A stretch of DNA of 63,271 nt, filler included, from Sphacelaria rigidula (Eukaryota): assembly GCA_964200075.2 (NCBI GenBank). It is 9 parts of 9 records of this genome, joined end to end, with 100 filler letters (N's around TTAATTAATTAA, not from the genome) between each part and the next. Parts side by side here need not be neighbours in the genome. Positions count along the whole stretch, not along the records: positions 56,332 to 63,271 come from CAXNAA020017300.1; 8 more parts are not named here. One strand, given 5' to 3'. A model generated the notes under the pieces. It was given only the letters and a program-made list of their open reading frames with translations, searched no databases and was not told the DNA's origin. Positions 60,381 through 63,271 of this stretch are shown piece after piece. Position 1 is the first letter of the stretch, and every line of letters starts with the position of its first letter. The position numbers and the translations under genes are program-made.

Positions 60381-63271
60381 GCAAGTTTTTTTTCGCAGCA
60401 CAACGAGACGCGGCTTCAAACGATGTTCCCGTCCCTTGGTCCCCAAGCAAAGGACCCTGCGCGAATGAACGACAGGATGATGCTGCCTGCACGTGTCTGA
60501 CGTCCAAAACTCCCGTAAATAACTTTCTCGTGGTGTCTCTGTGTGTGAAACTGAGGGGCAGTCGGAAAGGCAAAGGGGTGATCGATTGGTGAAAATATAC
60601 TGACTGTTAGGCCCTGTCTTAGCACATCATTTATCGATCGAAAAAGTGCGGTGGAAAAAAAATATCCCGATCTGATAGGTCGTAATTTCAACTATCGTGG
60701 TTATTCACCCTTTTGGAACCTTTCCCTCCTGTCCCCTGGCCAAACGCCTCATAATGAGAAGCTCTGACGAAGAGGAAACCATGGAAACAGAATAGGCCGA
60801 CGGCAACTATTTTTATAATGGAAGCCCGAAGAAGAATGTCCTCCCTGGAGAATTTGGGTAAGGTCTGTCCAATCATACCACGCAACGGATGAAGTGTGTC
60901 CAATTATATCCATCGACAATAACTAGCAAAACCACTATGAAACATTCCATTAAAAAAATAGCAATGGGCTCCAGGGTCCAACCGGGCACGTTTGTATATT
61001 AGCATTTGTACACAGGCGAAGCACCGCTTTGACGGGCTGCAGCATCGGGTGGCGAGTTTGCCAAGCCACACCGTACATACAGCATAGTATGGCTGAACCG
61101 AGCGAAATCCCGTCACCACATGTGGAAGGCACAGTGGGTTGTGCGGGCGGTACATGGCGGGCGTAATCGCAGGCGTCCGAAGAGGCGATATACATGCACA
61201 CGGGAGGGAGCCAACAGGCACCGCCTACCGTAATCAGGCCAGATGAAAAACACTACAGTCAGTAAATACAGTAGGTTACAGTATTGACTTGCGGCTACAC
61301 TCCGTGCAAGATAAATATGGGCATGTCGTGAAAAGTCGGCCACGAGAGTAGACGGCACGAGAAGATAGCGGTAGCCGGCGTCATGAATCTCATGCAGCAT
61401 GAAGTATGTCTGTGCAACGGTCGGGAACGATCAACCCGCGGTATAGATGTGGTGGGGCAACTGTGCCTTTCGCTACGCCGTTTTGTAATAGTCAGCCCGA
61501 AGTATGATGTTGTCGGCACGTACTTGGCAGAGCGCAGTCCTGTTGCATGCCCCACGTTTTACAGAGATATTTTCAAAATACAATACAGACATGAGACGAA
61601 GCAGTAAGGTATCACCCCTGGGGCGACGGCACTTGGCACACCACAGTGACGGTGCATAACTACAGGGCACATGGCGTCTGCGCCGCCTTTACCCATTTTT
61701 CCAAGGGCGGGGTGGTGCTGTCGGACCGTGCATGAGCGCGATGTTGTGCATGACGTGAGTCTGCAGTCGAGATTACCCCAAACTGCTGTGAACACACCCA
61801 GTACTGTACAGGGCAGTGCCGCAGCACCCCCGGCGGCACGGAAAGGTGACTGCCTGGGATTGTATTACACCGCCAGTTCATAAAATTTAGCGAATGTGCC
61901 ATCGGCGTTGCCCTTATTGCTATGACACTGCAAAGAGTATAAACTGCAGCGGGCAGGGTGTGCAGGTCAGGCGGGAAGCATGCTTCACAGAGGCCTGCCG
62001 TGCACTGTGACCGGGGAAGGAGCTCATGAGTGTAGAAAGAAACGCCGACGGGTCGCAGCAAGAAAATAGGAAACCTTCTCTTGTTCCACTCGTCACTCGT
62101 ACGGGTCTGAAAAATAGGCGTTTGGCCAAAATTGTTGCGTCTAAGCTGTGAACCATCAACCATATCTTGCTCAAAAACCGTCAATTGCAAATGATCAATT
62201 TTCGACTGTGAGTTCCAAAAAGGGTTAATTTTGAAGATGGTTGAAATCACGACCGATCAGATCGGGATTTTTGTTTTTCCCACCGCACAATTTGGATCGG
62301 AAGCTAGTGTGCTAAGACCCGCCCTTAGACATGCTAGTCGGGGTAAAAAAGGTGAATGGGCTGTTCGAGGAAATCATACCGACCAAAGACAAAAATTCCC
62401 TTTTCCCTTTCTTGTCTTGGGATGCTCCGCCCTAAACGCTTGCTTTTACAATCCAATCTCTTGACGGGTTGGTCGCGCGCGCAGGCAACACCCTCCCTGT
62501 TCACACCCTACATCCTGTTGCTGACCATCCACACGCACCCTATAGCCGCGGCCTTGTCCTCCTGCTTCGAAGGGGTACACTATATACCCGAAAAAAAAAC
62601 ATAAATATATATATATATATATAATTTCCGGCTTACTGATCTGACCGCGGGACGTGCCCTGAAATGGGCGCTGCAGTATGATGCATTGGGGTTGGGAGCA
62701 CCCAACGCAACAATCGACGCTCGAATCGCGCGCGTAACCATGGAGAACCGCCCGGATGAAACCTATCCTTCGATGTAATGTCCTGAGCAACGCACCGTCC
62801 CTAATAAATGCGAGTGAAAAATCATAACAGCCGGAAGGGGCTCGGGGGGAAACGTCGGGGGGCAGATCTGAATCGGTCGCGGAGTAACTTTAATTCGGTC
62901 CGTGCGCATAGTCAGATCTGATCCTCGTACACTCGGACATTTTCTGTTGAGGAAAGCGCCATGGCTTATGTACACAGCCGCACAAGAAACCCAAGGTAAA
63001 GAACATGGCGTGTACTGGAACAGACAACATCATGGTGACCGAATTTTGCTCTCCCCTTCGTCTGTGGTGTTGACTGTATTGGTACCGCCATGTTCGCCGT
63101 ACCGCCTCTACCGCCTTCGTCCCTGTACGTCGGGAATACACGGACAAGTGTCACTCACCCTCCACTCACCCCAGGGTCGGTCATATATTGTATCGGCATC
63201 AGGGTTGCACATCGGATATCGATAATCTATACGATTTCGATAAATATCGGCGATATGCCATATCGGTATCG

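Overview
This window is not one locus. It is nine unrelated contigs of 6940-6942 bp, sorted by decreasing length and joined by an artificial 100-bp linker (44 N + TTAATTAATTAA + 44 N), so adjacency across linkers means nothing. The DNA is repeat-rich and eukaryotic with long introns; a brown alga is my inference from gene and TE style. Host genes seen: the last two exons of a THUMPD3/Trm14-type RNA methyltransferase, four internal exons of a CCR4/CNOT6 deadenylase, the last exon of an ABC (ABCB-like) transporter, and a long low-complexity terminal exon of unknown identity. The rest is mostly mobile DNA: two decayed Ty1/copia elements, a Ty3/gypsy remnant, LINE RT and tyrosine-recombinase fragments, a tRNA-derived SINE family (5 pieces), a possible second SINE, and many non-autonomous TIR elements. 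I found no convincing new multi-gene system and no CRISPR array. The best leads are MITE families built from arrays of their own short palindromic motif (one showing a coordinated TACCC/GGGTA vs TACTC/GAGTA switch), the SINE, a foldback MITE whose target can be reconstructed from the copia RT frame, and a templated-filler duplication.
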